This document shows, piece after piece, positions 14,221-27,169 of a DNA stretch of 64,000 bases. The stretch spans positions 62,001 to 126,000 of the forward strand of contig JAYWIR010000064.1 of NCBI GenBank assembly GCA_036172245.1. Reading direction: 5' to 3'. The notes under the pieces are model-generated. The model saw only the letters and a list, made by a program, of their open reading frames with translations. It was not told the origin of the DNA and did not search any database. Made by a program: the position numbers and the translations under genes. This stretch comes from Raillietiella orientalis (Eukaryota). Every line of letters starts with the position of its first letter. The stretch's first letter is position 1.

Positions 14221-14627
14221 GAAGGGAGAGTGCATCACTGACGCATAAGAATTGGGAGCATTCGTGCCAGGATCTAGAGAAGTTCAACAGATTCGGCAAT
14301 GGCGTCACGAGTGTTCTTATAGAGCGGAGAGACCAACGTCCACCAGAGTAACGAACCCTCGAGGAAAATGCACTCAGAATTACGGCTGGGTATCAAACTC
14401 CGATCAAGCACGTGATTGGCCTCATTCAGTCTGAGTACAATCTATCGCAAGGAGGCATGACTTTCCCTCATCGAAAAGTATAGGTACCAAGGGAATCCCG
14501 CATCCTCGGCGGGAACGTCATCGTGAGAGAAGGGCATTTCTTATCCAGTGAAGAAACCGGGAGAGTTTTCGATTACAGATTTATTCACGCTTACTATTCG
14601 CGCAAGCGACGCTCACCAGGGATGACC

Positions 14628-14834
14628 GCGTCGGAGGCCACGTGGTCATGGTCTCCGCTCGTGGCACCTCCAGGCGTCGCGGGTTCGAATACTCGGCAAG
14701 AATCGACGCCGAGAGAAGGGTGCGTCTTCGTGGTTTCGAGTTCCTCTTGCAAGATGACGGTGGTTTGCCCACCTTCATTCGGATGCGGCACTGGTAGGGC
14801 TTAAACCGGATGCCCCCGATGAGTGGCCGGGACA
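14628..14834 (+). mobile_element. tRNA-derived SINE, copy 2
   Basis: GCGTCGGAGGCCACGTGG head, B-box-like GGTTCGAATAC at 14682-14692, body homologous to 9427-9622 (-). Confidence 0.65.
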
Positions 14835-17155
14835 CGCAAGTACAGGTGCACGATATGGTAAATTCCTCATTCACATAGTCAACCATTGCATATGTAACGA
14901 AAAAACGATGAGGCAAGACGAACTGGTGGCCCGAATCCAGGAGGCTACTCAAGAAATGTGGAAACTGGTGGCTTCCAATCAGCGCATTTTCCGAACAGAT
15001 TCCAAAGTACCATAGAGTAAAGGGGAAAGCAATAGTGATGAACGTCGCCTGCCTTCACGAATCTTCTGCTGAAGCACAAGAGAAGGCCAGACGAAGGAAA
15101 GGACAGCAAGTCCTGCCTACAAAGGAGTACCAGCATTCGTCAGCGCGATCGCCGTAGGGTACCTAGGAAATCATAGGATACAGCGAGCGAGGACATGCTA
15201 CGAAGAATAAAGATTCTAAAGAGATCAAGGGAGCACATCAGGAAGGATACGGTGTACTCCAATGTACGCCACTCTACTCCAGAGAGATCTGCTGGAAGGG
15301 TCGGCTGGGTCAGCAGCCAGGATGAAGAAACCTCGTAACTAAACAACCTCACGTGGAGGATGAAATGGAAAGTGGAGAGACACACAGCGGAAGATCTCTG
15401 GTCAGGAGATCTTGACAGGAGCAATTTCAAAAGTTCCCCACTCGGGGGAAAAGAGCTCCAAAAGGTCTTTCGTATAGAAGAAACATCGATTTATTACGTA
15501 TTACTGAGAAAGTAAGTTCTAGAAAGTGGGGGAACTGTCTGCAATGCTTTGTGGAATGACTCGCCTAAATTCCATATACAGCTCGAGGAATATGTTCAGG
15601 ATTCTCACTCACGGAGGTGAAGTCCTTTGCGGTTTTCTAACCAAATTGGGTATCTGCTCAAATTCCTCCATATTCATACTATTATTCCCTTTTTGATTAA
15701 TTATTGATTTCGAGAAAAACCCTGCTGTTAACTGGTCAACACAAATTTTCCAGTGAAAGGAAAAATTGCCGTACAAACATCTTCGTTAAAATCAAATGGA
15801 AAAGCATTCAGATCTCCAAAAGTTGCCAGCATTTTTTAAAGAAAGACTTCCACTTTTTTAGAATTTGAAACCTTTTCACAAGCTTTCAAGGTCCGTAGAG
15901 ACAGCCCTTTGAAGCTGCGCGGCACTGCCAAATGGGTACCGTAAAAGCACATCTTTACGATGATTTGTTTGGAGTTTGCGTTGGGGAGAAAGAAAATTCT
16001 CCTTTCCCGCCTGCCTCTTTCACGGGCAATTCTTTTCGACGAGACTGAGCTCCGAAAGTCGTTCCATCACTACGAATCGCTGTCGAGTGAAGTTAAGATC
16101 TGCTTCCGGGGTCATTAGCTGACGCAGCATCTCCTTTCACACGGTGGAAAGGATGCTGTGCGCAGAACTTCATCTTCCTCAGTTCTGTTCATTCAGAAGA
16201 GCTGCGGATAGATAACGTCTGGAAAGTTGTAAACAAAAGCTGAGGCCAAACTTGCTGTCATCAGAGAAACGCTGATAATTGAGAGAATGCTGGGCGCCAG
16301 GTTTTTAGCACCTATGTGGCACATGACACATCGAAAATTTTGTGGTGAGATGAGGCTTGATGGCATCAGAACGAAAAACAAAACAAAAAATCAATTGGGC
16401 ACCGCGATAAGGCGGATTAATCTCATAAGCTGCCATGAAATTTTCATCATTCTTTGGATTTTCGCAACTGAATGAAATGATCACGAAAGTGAATAAATCG
16501 ATACATACACAAAAACAAATTTGTGCACAATACATATATAATCAGTAAATTATAAATATGCATACATAATTTGATAAAAATATGTTTTAATCAAAAAACA
16601 ATACCTTAAAAGGCAGAATAATCATAAGTGGCAGTAATTACGAGGATAGATAATAAGTTTCATTGATAACCTATGTTCTCAAGTGTTCTAATACCGAACA
16701 CTCGCAGGAAAGTTTTTAATTTAATCGACTAATTAAGCTCGCCCTCCCCAAATATGGTGATTTTGGCAACATTTTTTCAAACAATCATTTGATGTGCCTA
16801 TACTTTCACCTATATTATTAAGACTGATGAGTTTAGAATCTTGGCTGCTACACAAGTCAAACAATTATGAGTGACTGAACATCTCACAAATCATATTTTC
16901 TTTAATGCTGATCCTAGATTTCCCAGATTGTGTGCCATACCAGTTTAACCCTCAAAGTTGTGAACATTTTGCCCAATACTCTGTTCTTACATATCTTAAA
17001 AAGATGATGCCATTTCTAAAAAGTTCCTTTGAAGTCTTTACTAGCCACGTACTTATAAAAGTACTACTAATGATAAAAACTAATTTTCTCATGGTTCTTG
17101 GCCAGGCTTTTCAAGATTCAAAATAATGACCAACTGTTAATGTGAAGGCTCTGAT

Positions 17156-19236
17156 CTATGCAACAAATGGTCCATGTTGAGATTTAATCAACCAAATAGA
17201 ATCAATGACTTCTCCATGCTATAACAAGTTTAAAATAATGCATATAAACATGCTCTTACCTTAGTTACTGATACCTGCTCTAAATTTAGGTGAGTAGCAT
17301 TGCTTATGTGCAGTCTTGTGTATCCATAGTCAGAGCTGCGATATGCTGACCAATCTGGGACATTTGAAACAAATGGCTCAGTATGTTCACTACAGCCCTG
17401 GAAATATCTTGTTTAGGAAGACAATTGCAGCCCTTGATAAAATTACAGCTGATCCGGTAGTTATGTGCACAGGAGCACCAGGATTCACATAAGGGGCATC
17501 AAAGCTTCCATTATACACTGTTGCATTGTATACTGGCCAGAGACGCTCATAAGAGTGTTCATGAGCCCAAACAGCCAAGTCAACACCATAGTCAAAAAGT
17601 AGATCTTCCATACCTTTTCTAGATAAAGCATCATTCTCATAAGTCTCATACATGATGTTTTTTCTTACATATGAAGCAAAGGTATACCCACACGTGCAAA
17701 ATTACTTAATTTGGTGCAATCGTCATCATTGTCATTGGAACAATACATTGGACGATGGCCAAATATGACAATCCATGGTCGCTGGGCACGATTAGCTGGT
17801 TTATTTGCTTCCTATGAATAATATATACTAATATAATTACATAATACAGTACAAACCTCGAGATCTTTTTGTAACCATGCATACTGCCGGAATACCTGAT
17901 TGATACCATATTGCAAAAAGTAATAAAACTCAGTTGATACAGCTACAAAGTGAACAGGACCCAGGTCAAATGAATACATCATATTATCAGAACTTCTGGG
18001 CATTGTAAAACGTGCTTTGTATTGACTGAAATTGCTTTAAGGGAAACAATAAGATGGAACTCATGACAAAATCAGTTTCTCATGCTATAAGCAATCAATA
18101 CTATATTATTGAAAAATTTTTTTCTAGAAAAATCATAGCTTCAATAGAGTGAATCAGAAAGCAGGAACTATCTAAGGTTAATTCACCTACTGATAATTTT
18201 CATGATTCCCTGGACAAGTCATATAAGGAACATAGGCTGCTATAGGCTCTATTTCTTCCATAAAATCATCACCAGTTTGCCCTTGGAACTAAAAATGTCA
18301 ATTACCAAAAACTAAACACGATTATTAAGAAAAATGCTACAAGAGAAAGGAAGTGGGGATTAGGACTTACAGAGTCCATATCATAAGCAAAATCTCCAAC
18401 ATGCAATACTGCATCATATTTGAAATCCTGGATCTCTTTTTGCAAATATGGCAAAGATTGAGCATTCAGGACTCCCATATCTCCAAACAGTATCAAGTTT
18501 GGAGACCAATTGTTTACTTCTGGGACTGTAGTAAAATTGTACTTGGCTGACCAGATCACCACATTGCCACATCTGTAAACTATCAAAAATGAGGCTTAAG
18601 CATGAAGAAAGGTGGTATGTTATACAATATGTTTGTCTTGGTTGCAAGTTTGTTAAGCATACTCTGTGAATGAACTGTCTATGATCATCATCAATAAATT
18701 CTCTTGAAGACCCAAAGGTCCTTTCATCTAGACTATCATAACTGGTTCCATATTCTACTTGTGTATCCACATATAACAATGTGCTCCATGTAATAAACAT
18801 GTCACTTGACTGTTCTGCAAGCAAGAAATATTTATTTTTAAATAAAAATGAATCACAGCACATGCGCACACATTTAGGATCTCTAAAGTAAACAATCATG
18901 GAAGAAAAACTGAAACCTCCAACATACGTTTACGAAGAGGAAATTAAGTTACTGTTTGTTGGATGTATAAATGCATTCAGCAATTTTTGAAGCATTTTGT
19001 GTGAACAGTTTTAAATATCATATAAAGTCCATCTCTTTTCTAAATGAAACATAATCACTGTGTAGACAAACAAAAACTTGATATTCAATAAGATAGGCAA
19101 GGAATTTATTACCTCCATACGATAAATGAATATGTCTTGGTTTATAAGGATGTTCCTCAACTTTTTTAATGGCATGCGAGATCACAACACATGTGGTGAA
19201 ACACATAAGTTGCACCAGAAGAACATATTTAAACAT
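17156..19236 (-). CDS. ACP7: Purple acid phosphatase, long form (acid phosphatase type 7), 9 exons, 437 aa, with N-terminal signal peptide
   Basis: Exons 19113-19236, 18626-18814, 18371-18579, 18191-18288, 17857-18034, 17669-17811, 17447-17618, 17260-17397, 17156-17218; all GT-AG and phase-consistent, 1314 nt from ATG to TAG. Metal-ligand motifs GDMG, GDFAY, GNHE, GHRPMY, AHEHSYER; C-terminal APVHITTGSAG and DYGYTRL. Confidence 0.95.
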
Positions 19237-19942
19237 ATTTGAAATCCACAGTGCCCTCACAAGCACCTTTCAAATTTAGACTGGCCCCATTTCACAATAA
19301 CCAAGTCACTTTGGCATTTGAAAGATTTTATGGAAAACAAGAAATAGGATTGCCAGTTATCTCTGTTCTCATGGATAAGAACATTTGCTCTGCACGGCGT
19401 TTACTCATGTTGACTTTTATCTTACCAGAGATCGGGAATGTTCCTGTAAGTTCCTTAAATTGAGAAAACACCACAAACTGTGGGCCAGAGCTGACCTTTT
19501 CTGAATTGTCAGTAACGAACTGGTACTGAAATGATTCATTTGTGTTGCAAAAAACTCCTCGTTTACAACCAGTTGGGAAAAAGCAAGGAGCACTCCCAGT
19601 GGGATCTGTGGGGTCATTCTGTGGGGTCCCATTGAATTCCGATTCAAATAGGCAGTCCATGGAGAGCTGATCGTGAGAAGAAAAAAAAAGTGTCTGCGCC
19701 GCCAAGCCGACACCAAAGTCAAAAAGAAGTGCCTGAGGTCTGGACGGGTATCCATCTCTTCTCATCTTGATGTAGTACGTTGGCCCTTCCCAATTCGAAC
19801 GAAATTGAAGGGGAAGGTGGACTACCCAAGAGATACATTAATGCTCCGGAATTCACATTCATTAATGCTTCCTGTTCGAAAATGTTCGTATAGTTCAGAC
19901 TATATGTGCAGGATTTTCTGCATCGTACATTGCAAGGTGGTG

Positions 19943-19973
19943 CGCCCTATATCGATTGAATCGATATAGGGCG
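19943..19973. promoter_or_regulatory. Perfect 31-bp palindrome with two DRE-like cores, ~700 bp upstream of the ACP7 ATG
   Basis: CGCCCTATATCGATT-G-AATCGATATAGGGCG; each arm is a 7/8 match to TATCGATA. The palindrome is certain; a regulatory role is inference. Confidence 0.35.
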
Positions 19974-22900
19974 TGGCTGCTGGGTGGGGCTGCTGCTCAC
20001 GCGAGTTTGCTGCACTAGAGCAGGCAGAGACCAGCAAAGCAAGAAGAGTCCTCTGCCTTTCCTTTCCTAATCTTTGCTTTTCTCGTCGTTAGAATGAGTG
20101 GTTGTTGGCAGGGACGATGACTTACCTTAGGTCCTGGCTCCAGGTGTCCAACCCATGGATGCTGGAGTGCTCGTGCAAGGAAGATTTCAGCTCACTTCCC
20201 TCTGGGGTTATGATGGATTTTTCGCTTTTTTTTTTTTTTTGCTAACCGTTAAAATTACGTTTGTTGAGGAGACACGGTAGCAGAATGATGAAACAGATAA
20301 AATTAATTCGTACTGTGAGTAGTAACTCCATTGGAACAAGTTTCCTGATGTAATTCTACAGCAGCGCAAATGTGGTGCAGGGATATTTTTCTGCTGAAAA
20401 GACAAGCATCTTCTTCTTTTTGTATTTTTGTAAGAAGTTGCGAACAGGATATTTGTCGATTTGCCTAGTGATTATGATCCGACTCCAGTTTTGCTGCAGT
20501 AGCGATACTGGAACCGCTTTAACAAAGAAAGCGAGTAAAATTTGACAGTCTTCCTTATGAAAGGAAGACTTTTCGCAAGAAACTCTATTCTGGACACTTA
20601 CTCAGTATATTGGGGTATGCTTCTAAATTTCGTTCTGTGTAGAATTCCAATGTTTCACTGGGAATGATAAAATAATTGGTATTTTCATAGTAAGTCACAG
20701 GAACATTCCATAGAATTTCACGTAAAAGGGGCGTGTTTGGAGGTCACTCTGGAAATTAATTCATCCAAGCACTGGTATACTGACGGACCAGCGATGTCTG
20801 CTTTCTGCTATGGCCTTCATTTGTTATTTCATGTGTACTCATGACTCCGAGATTAGGACTTTGCAAGAATACATGTCTGTCAAGCCTACACAGGGCTCTT
20901 GATTCAACATAGATGGAGCAGTAGCCCTATGCACTCTTCAGTACAGGGGATCACCAACTTGAATCAGGCATGAGGAACACGAAGTCAATGTACTTACAAG
21001 CAGATCTTCTCAATGATTGCAATTAATTGGTATCTCCATTCAGATGGAACTCTCTCAGGGAAAAAATAACCAGTTCTAAACTTCATAATAGCAAAAGTTT
21101 CCATTGTACAGTGGTTTCTTTGTTTTTGATATGTTGAAAGCAAAGGAACGGCAAAATTATTGGAAAAGAGATAGATTCTAATGCACAAGTCTACGATGGC
21201 GAGTAGCCATAGACTTAAAGATTCCGTTAAGTTTGGTCCCAGCCTACCTCTTACGATGAAATGGCTAATAGAAACGGAAGTCTGCATGCTTACCCTTATG
21301 AAACTTGGCTATTCCGCTCCGGAGCATTCGTTTGCGTCTTGTGGGATGCTGCGCGTTTTGCAACATGGAAACACCTGCCAATTGCCAAGTTGACTTGGAA
21401 CCGAGCACATGCGACTCGGAACTCCCACTCTCACACATGTGTGCCACAGAACAGAAATGCACATTTCCTTTTCTTGCTCGCATGCGTGAGGTAAAGATGA
21501 ATTTTAAACTGCCCAAAGGAAATCTTTGATCCTTTTACAGAAATCGGTGGAGCAGTCAGGGAGATGCTTCTATCGGAAAATGCTATGGAATCTCTTGCTT
21601 TCCCAGGAAATGGTCTCAAAGCAGAAAACTTGGCAACCATGAAGGTCGAATATTTTATTCACGGGAACTCTGTTTCCGAATTCACGCAAGTGGCTTCTAC
21701 GTTTCCAAGACACATGTGCTAGGAAACTCATTCAATACAAAGGAAAGCCATCGGGAAAACGAAACACAGACTGACTTCCTTTGCGAACTGAAAGAATGGC
21801 AAGTGACCAGCCTTGTTCACTTTTCAGACTGATTATTCAAGTTTGTGCAGAATACAAGAACTGCAAATCAAGGGTTTAACCACTGTTTTTGATGTATCTT
21901 ATCACACTTAAGTGGTTGGCACTCAGGCACATCAGGGTGCATGTCCTTTCGAGTATAATGGAAAAAGTTAGCACACCTCACCACTTTTCCTTTGATTATA
22001 TGTGTGATGGCTTTCACTTTCATCAGATGAGAGAGATGCACAGAAGAAGGGTCGAAGCACAGAAAAAAAAAAATGAATAAAACTATTTTTTTGTGAGTCG
22101 CGTACGGCAGCGTCATGAACCACACTCAGATGCATTCCCTTTACTTGTGAACAATGAAGCAGTGCATTCTACCATCGTCTAGAGTCGCTTCCAGTGGATA
22201 AGGAAGAGGTTTTCCAGAGTACCACCTGAACAGATGAGACTTCCGTTTCTGTGGGATGCCGTGGAAGCTTCCTGCTACCCGGTGAACTGATTTTCTTCTG
22301 AGGAGGAAAATGATGGCGGGCACACTTATGAGAGGTCGTTGATATCTTCATTTGCCGTTTGGGATCTCTTTTCTGCTTTCGTGGTGGATAACAAGGATGA
22401 AATGGCATGCCTCTGACTGCAAGACCTCTACAGTCGGCATCCCCTCATGTAGCAACAGTTTAACAAGGAAAACTGTGCTAACAGAGGCGTATGTCCATAT
22501 CAAAACACGTTTACAGAGTATGTGTGCTTTCTCGGGAAGAGTTTCTTGTCATCACACAAGAACCATGGTTCATCTACCACCTTCCGATTCATACTCTAAT
22601 ATCGACGTCTACGGCTGTGTTCGATGGACTCAAGGCAATTCCCCTAACTGACAATATGACCCAGGAGATGATGACCTCCGCTGGATGACAGGAAAAAAAA
22701 ACGTTGAATTGGCAAATGAAAAGATAGCCAAATGACTGAAGTGAAGTCTATGGTTACGGAGGTATCCGGAAGTTCCTGATCTACTTCGCAGTTCTCGATT
22801 TCATGTTCCTTGCTGCCAAACAGGCAGCAAGAAGCATTGGAATGCCTCTTGGGCAGCACCAGTGAATAACTCCACTTTCTATTCCCTCTTGAAGGAGACG

Positions 22901-25900
22901 CCCTCGAGAGTGAATGGTTTAGACCATGCTGGCTCCTGGAGCGAAGCAGGTTGTTCCCTTACTAGAGGAAGCATCTCGCAAGTCCCGAGGATCGTTTCAT
23001 TGGCATCCCTCACTGAGCGAGCGGGTGGCGAGACTCTCTTTTCCCAACGATTTCCCTTCGGATGCAAAGATGGGCTCCCTTTCCTCGTTCGCGGCGTAGT
23101 GGCGGGGCGAAGCGAGAAAGGCAGCGTCATCTTCATCGAGTCATCTGGAGAGTGTCGCTGTCTCGGAGTGCACCGCTCAGGTTCCACTGGTGAGCCCGAA
23201 CGAGAGAAAGGAAGGAAGGGGGGGAAGGGAGAGGTCTTCAGGTCGTGGTAGCCTGAGTTTGAAAACAAGTCCTTTGATCCGCACACTCCACTTCCCTGTC
23301 CCTTCCTCCTGTGAGGATTCCTGGGAAGTATGCGCCGTGGTCCGATCCATCTCCTTCCACATCTTTTATTCATTTATTTCTCTCCTTCAACTCTTCGCCC
23401 GGAGTCCACGTATGCCAGGCCGCCTATTTGACGAGAATAAGTGAAATTTTGTGAAAGTTCGGGAATACGTGAAAAGAATGAGGGAAGGGCATTTCCTCAG
23501 TCTTCTCCCTGTCGATTGTGGTTCCATCCTGTAGCTTTCAATCTCTCCAGATAGAAAATCTGGAGACTTAGGGCTCGAAGTTCGGCTCCACTTCTTTCAC
23601 ATCTGCGTAGTTCAACTCTCAGGTAACACCATCTAAGGGGACCTCCAGTTCGGAATTTCGGGCAGGAGATGGCAAGTTCCCCTGTAGCATCAGTCGAGGT
23701 TCTACCCCGCTTTCTCGAGTTCGATGCGAGGTTTCCGAGCCGCGACCTCAAACCTTCAGGTGGGTCTTGGGTGTACCTCTCCGAGTTCTAAACCCACGTC
23801 TCCGTGTTCCGCAACAGTTTCACACCTCTTGCACAAACACTGCTCGCGTGTGGACTTGTTGTGACGTGAGGAATCACGTCCGATGAATCGGTCTCCTCTT
23901 ATTCTTGCAGTCCGAACTGCCAGATTATCTTCGGAAAGCCATGAACATAGTCTGGTGCCACCAGTGGACGTTTCTGCTGCAGCTGATGTCGGAGAGCATT
24001 GTGGGATTAGCTCAGATGACTACCACAGGATCAAGGGATTCCCAATCTCGAAATGCCTGATGGTAGCGATGCACGGGGTTTGTGATCTCCTTGAAGGGCA
24101 TCTGGAGAGACATGCCAGGACATTGACTGACCTCCGGGACTCCAGGGCAGTCCAAATGCTTCCGTGTTGTTCTCGGAGAGGCATCCCGCTTCCAGAGCGA
24201 CACTTCAGTCTCTTCGTAGCACGAAATCCGGGCACAGCTGTGATTCAGAGTCTGGCATTTTCTGTCTTCGGGAACCCAACTTCCGTCTTCTGCCCTTGCG
24301 ATGAGGCTGGCAATCGCACTAAGGTGAAACAGAAGGATTGGCAGAGTTTTACGCGTTGCCCTTGTTCCCAATGGGCGTATCCGAAAGCCACTACTCCTCT
24401 CCTTTGGTCTTCTTGAAGTCTGTCGTGGATGTAGCTGTAATTGATCTTCGGCTACAATTTGTTATTAGACGTAGTCTGCTGACAACGGATGATAGCAAAC
24501 GCGTTCATCAAGAGAGATGTGTTTAGCTCAGATGTGGAACGAATATATCCGCTAAGGTGTTCTTTGAGAACACCAAGGCAAACTGCGTGAGTCGGAATCG
24601 ATGCTGCCGCAGAACATCTTGCCAGCTTTTGCTCATCTGAGCTACATAGGAAACAGCTGGAGGATCTCTTCTGTCTTCGATGCTGGCAATAGGATGGCAA
24701 CTTAGCCAGAATTCTCGAATTACTGCGCGATGCACTTTCGCCCGCGCACCAGAAGTCTCGACGTCCTGATCGACTGCATCAACAAGGTTGACGCATGGGC
24801 CATGGAATGTCCTGACCTGCAACCAAAGGACTCTCAGAGAATCGCCGGCGTGAGTTTGCTCGTTCTAGAAAAGGGGATTGCGTCACCATAATTGACGCGT
24901 GATGCTCGTCGGAACCCACACCGGCAGCGTTCCAGAAGGCACGTAGAAGAAAACAGGGAATGCATTGGAACGATGGACTTTCTTTCGAAAAGGCACGAAC
25001 CCAAGCGCACGTTCGCGCGATTACCGTGGGCTCGTGGGGATACTGGAGCCCCAAGAATGGCGACGCTCTGCAAAGAGCTGGAAGCTCCAAAGGGCGCACG
25101 AGAAGCAGCTCCACTTTTGTGCTAATCTTTTGTTTACTATAATTGTGCCAGACGAAACGGAAGAGCAGAGATAGGGAAGACAAAAACAGGCAAGGCAAAA
25201 GAGTCGTATAGATAACGGTCATTTTCGGTTATTTACTAGCGGAAGCTATGTCTTTTCCAAGCATCTTCTATTCATGCTCTCCAGAGTTAATTAAATAAAA
25301 AAAGGCAGAGAAGAAGTAAGAGCAGGGAGGTGCCATGAAGAGGACGAAGCAAACACTCTTCAAGGAAGGCTTCCCTGGCAGCATTGCTTAGGAAATTCTT
25401 CATTCGCTCCTACAAGAACGATTCGGCTACAATCAGACGAAGAGAGGATGAGAGGGATTGACGCCTTCGTGCTCCCATCAGGAAGTAGTCTCTATTTTTC
25501 CCAGTGTTCTCCCATACAAGAAGGACGTCATGTGCCTCGTCGTCCAAGGGTGCGGGGACGATTCAGAACCGTGCCTATTCAGAATAGGAGGCCAGGTTTT
25601 CCCTGTGAGCGTATGCACCGCCCTACTCTTGCACATACAAGGCAGAATAACGCTCAGAGTACTCAACTGGCTACGAACAGTGCTTGGCGATTGCTGCAGG
25701 AACGCTTTCTTATAGCAAACAGGAACTCTTCCTTCCGGAAGCATATACACGGGACAATAGGATCTTTGATGCTCGAAGAGGAAAACGTGAAGCAGAAGAG
25801 CGCATTCAGTATGGTGTTCTCACTGCTTGCGTGTGCTCTCGCACTGAATTCGAAAGCGACACACTCAAGAAAAATCGCCTGCTGCTGAGATCAACAAAAA

Positions 25901-25964
25901 GCGGAGAGAGAAAGAATTCCAGGAAACCTCAGTGGGAGCACTGAAACGCTGGAAGGTGGGCATG

Positions 25965-26745
25965 GTGATTTGGCGTCAGCGAGCTCACGTAGCAGTGCCC
26001 TTGTGCGTAGAGTGCACCGTGGGCACTGAAACGGTGAAGACGGCTTTGGATTGCTCTGGAAACTCTGAGAAACAACACAAATGAAGCCATGTCAAGAGAT
26101 CTAAGATGGCGGACTTCCCTGATGGCAGTTTTCCCAGAGCAAAAAAGCACGTTTCTTTTCTGCATTACCAGGGACTTCATCTAAGCGGCTTCGCGGCTCT
26201 AGCTGCCTGCTCCTTCGAAGGAGAGCTCAGTCGAAGAGCTTCGATGCGAAGGCTGGTTATTGGCGAATTTCCGAAACGAACCTCAATCGAGTGCTCAGGA
26301 CTGCCCTCGTAACTGAAAGAGCAAAGTACTTCTGTTTTGCTGCTCATGTCACATCGGATGCTGAGAGTAAGGTGCACTGAAAGGTGCGTATAGCGTGCTG
26401 CCCTCGTACTCACCTTGCAGTCCCCCACCCCCATTTCGCCCCGCAACTTAATGCCTTTTGTTTTTATCCCGGAGAGAAACAAAGATCCATGCCCCTTTCC
26501 ACCCATTTTTTTTGTTGCCCTCTTGTGCCTCCCCCGTTCCGGACTCTCCGTTGTCCTGGTCCGCGTGCAGCTGGACCCTCCCCTTTGTTTCTTGTAGCCG
26601 TCGGTTGGTAACTTTTGTTTCCAACTGGTTTATTTTTTTATAAAATAAACGCCCCGGTGTGACCGGGGCTGAAATACCTTGCAGCTCATGTGATTTGGCG
26701 TCAGTGAGCTCACGTAGCTTGTGTGTAGAGTGCACCGTGGGCACT
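25965..26745 (+). repeat. ~60-bp direct repeat pair (25965-26027 and 26690-26745)
   Basis: gtgatttggcgtcagYgagctcacgtagc...tgtgYgtagagtgcaccgtgggcact in both copies; the second has a 7-nt deletion. Confidence 0.85.
26421..26675 (+). mobile_element. 5'-truncated L1/Tx1-like LINE insertion (3' UTR only)
   Basis: Pyrimidine-rich UTR ending AATAAACGCCCCGGTGTGACCGGGGCTGAAAT; flanked by ACCTTGCAG (26412-26420 and 26676-26684). Confidence 0.75.
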
Positions 26746-27169
26746 TGAGTACATGCCGCTTGCAGCACCGCATTCAGATAGAGGGAGGAGGGTAGCGAAC
26801 GGGAGGGCACGCAGCATTGGTAGCAGCGCCTTCGCGCCCAGCGTCCCAAGATAGGGTCCGTGGGAGAACAAGCCTATGCGGCATCGTAGTTTTCGATAAT
26901 TTTGCCTCCCCTTCCTCCTCCCCTCCGTGTTTTTTATCGATGGATTGCACAAGGGAAAGCTCCGAATTCCTTATGCGACGCTCCACCTTCCAACGCTCCC
27001 TAAGCAGCGTCCAGAAAAAAACAAAAACGAAAGCAAAAGCGAAAGAGAACGAAGATCATTCAGCCGAAACTTCTTTCTTGATGGATTTTCCGAATTCATC
27101 TAAGAGGGAACCGCCTTCGGTGGATTCTGGTCAGTTCGTTTGCCTGTAGTCTGAGTGTTTCCAGGCGAC

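Noticed and set aside
14628..14710. Functional tRNA gene
   Set aside because: Extra bases between T-arm and acceptor stem, no clean anticodon arm, and it continues into a repeated body, so it is a SINE head.
20120..20127. U1 snRNA 5' end (ACTTACCT)
   Set aside because: Downstream sequence does not follow U1; it is at most a minus-strand splice donor (AGGTAAGT) with no supported exon.
22860..25230. Further LINE 3' end (22950-23445) or host exons (24000-25220)
   Set aside because: Similarity is too weak to support by eye and no terminal hairpin motif was found.
25965..26745. 60-bp repeats as a long TSD of the 26421-26675 insertion
   Set aside because: A tighter 9-bp duplication (ACCTTGCAG) directly flanks the insertion.
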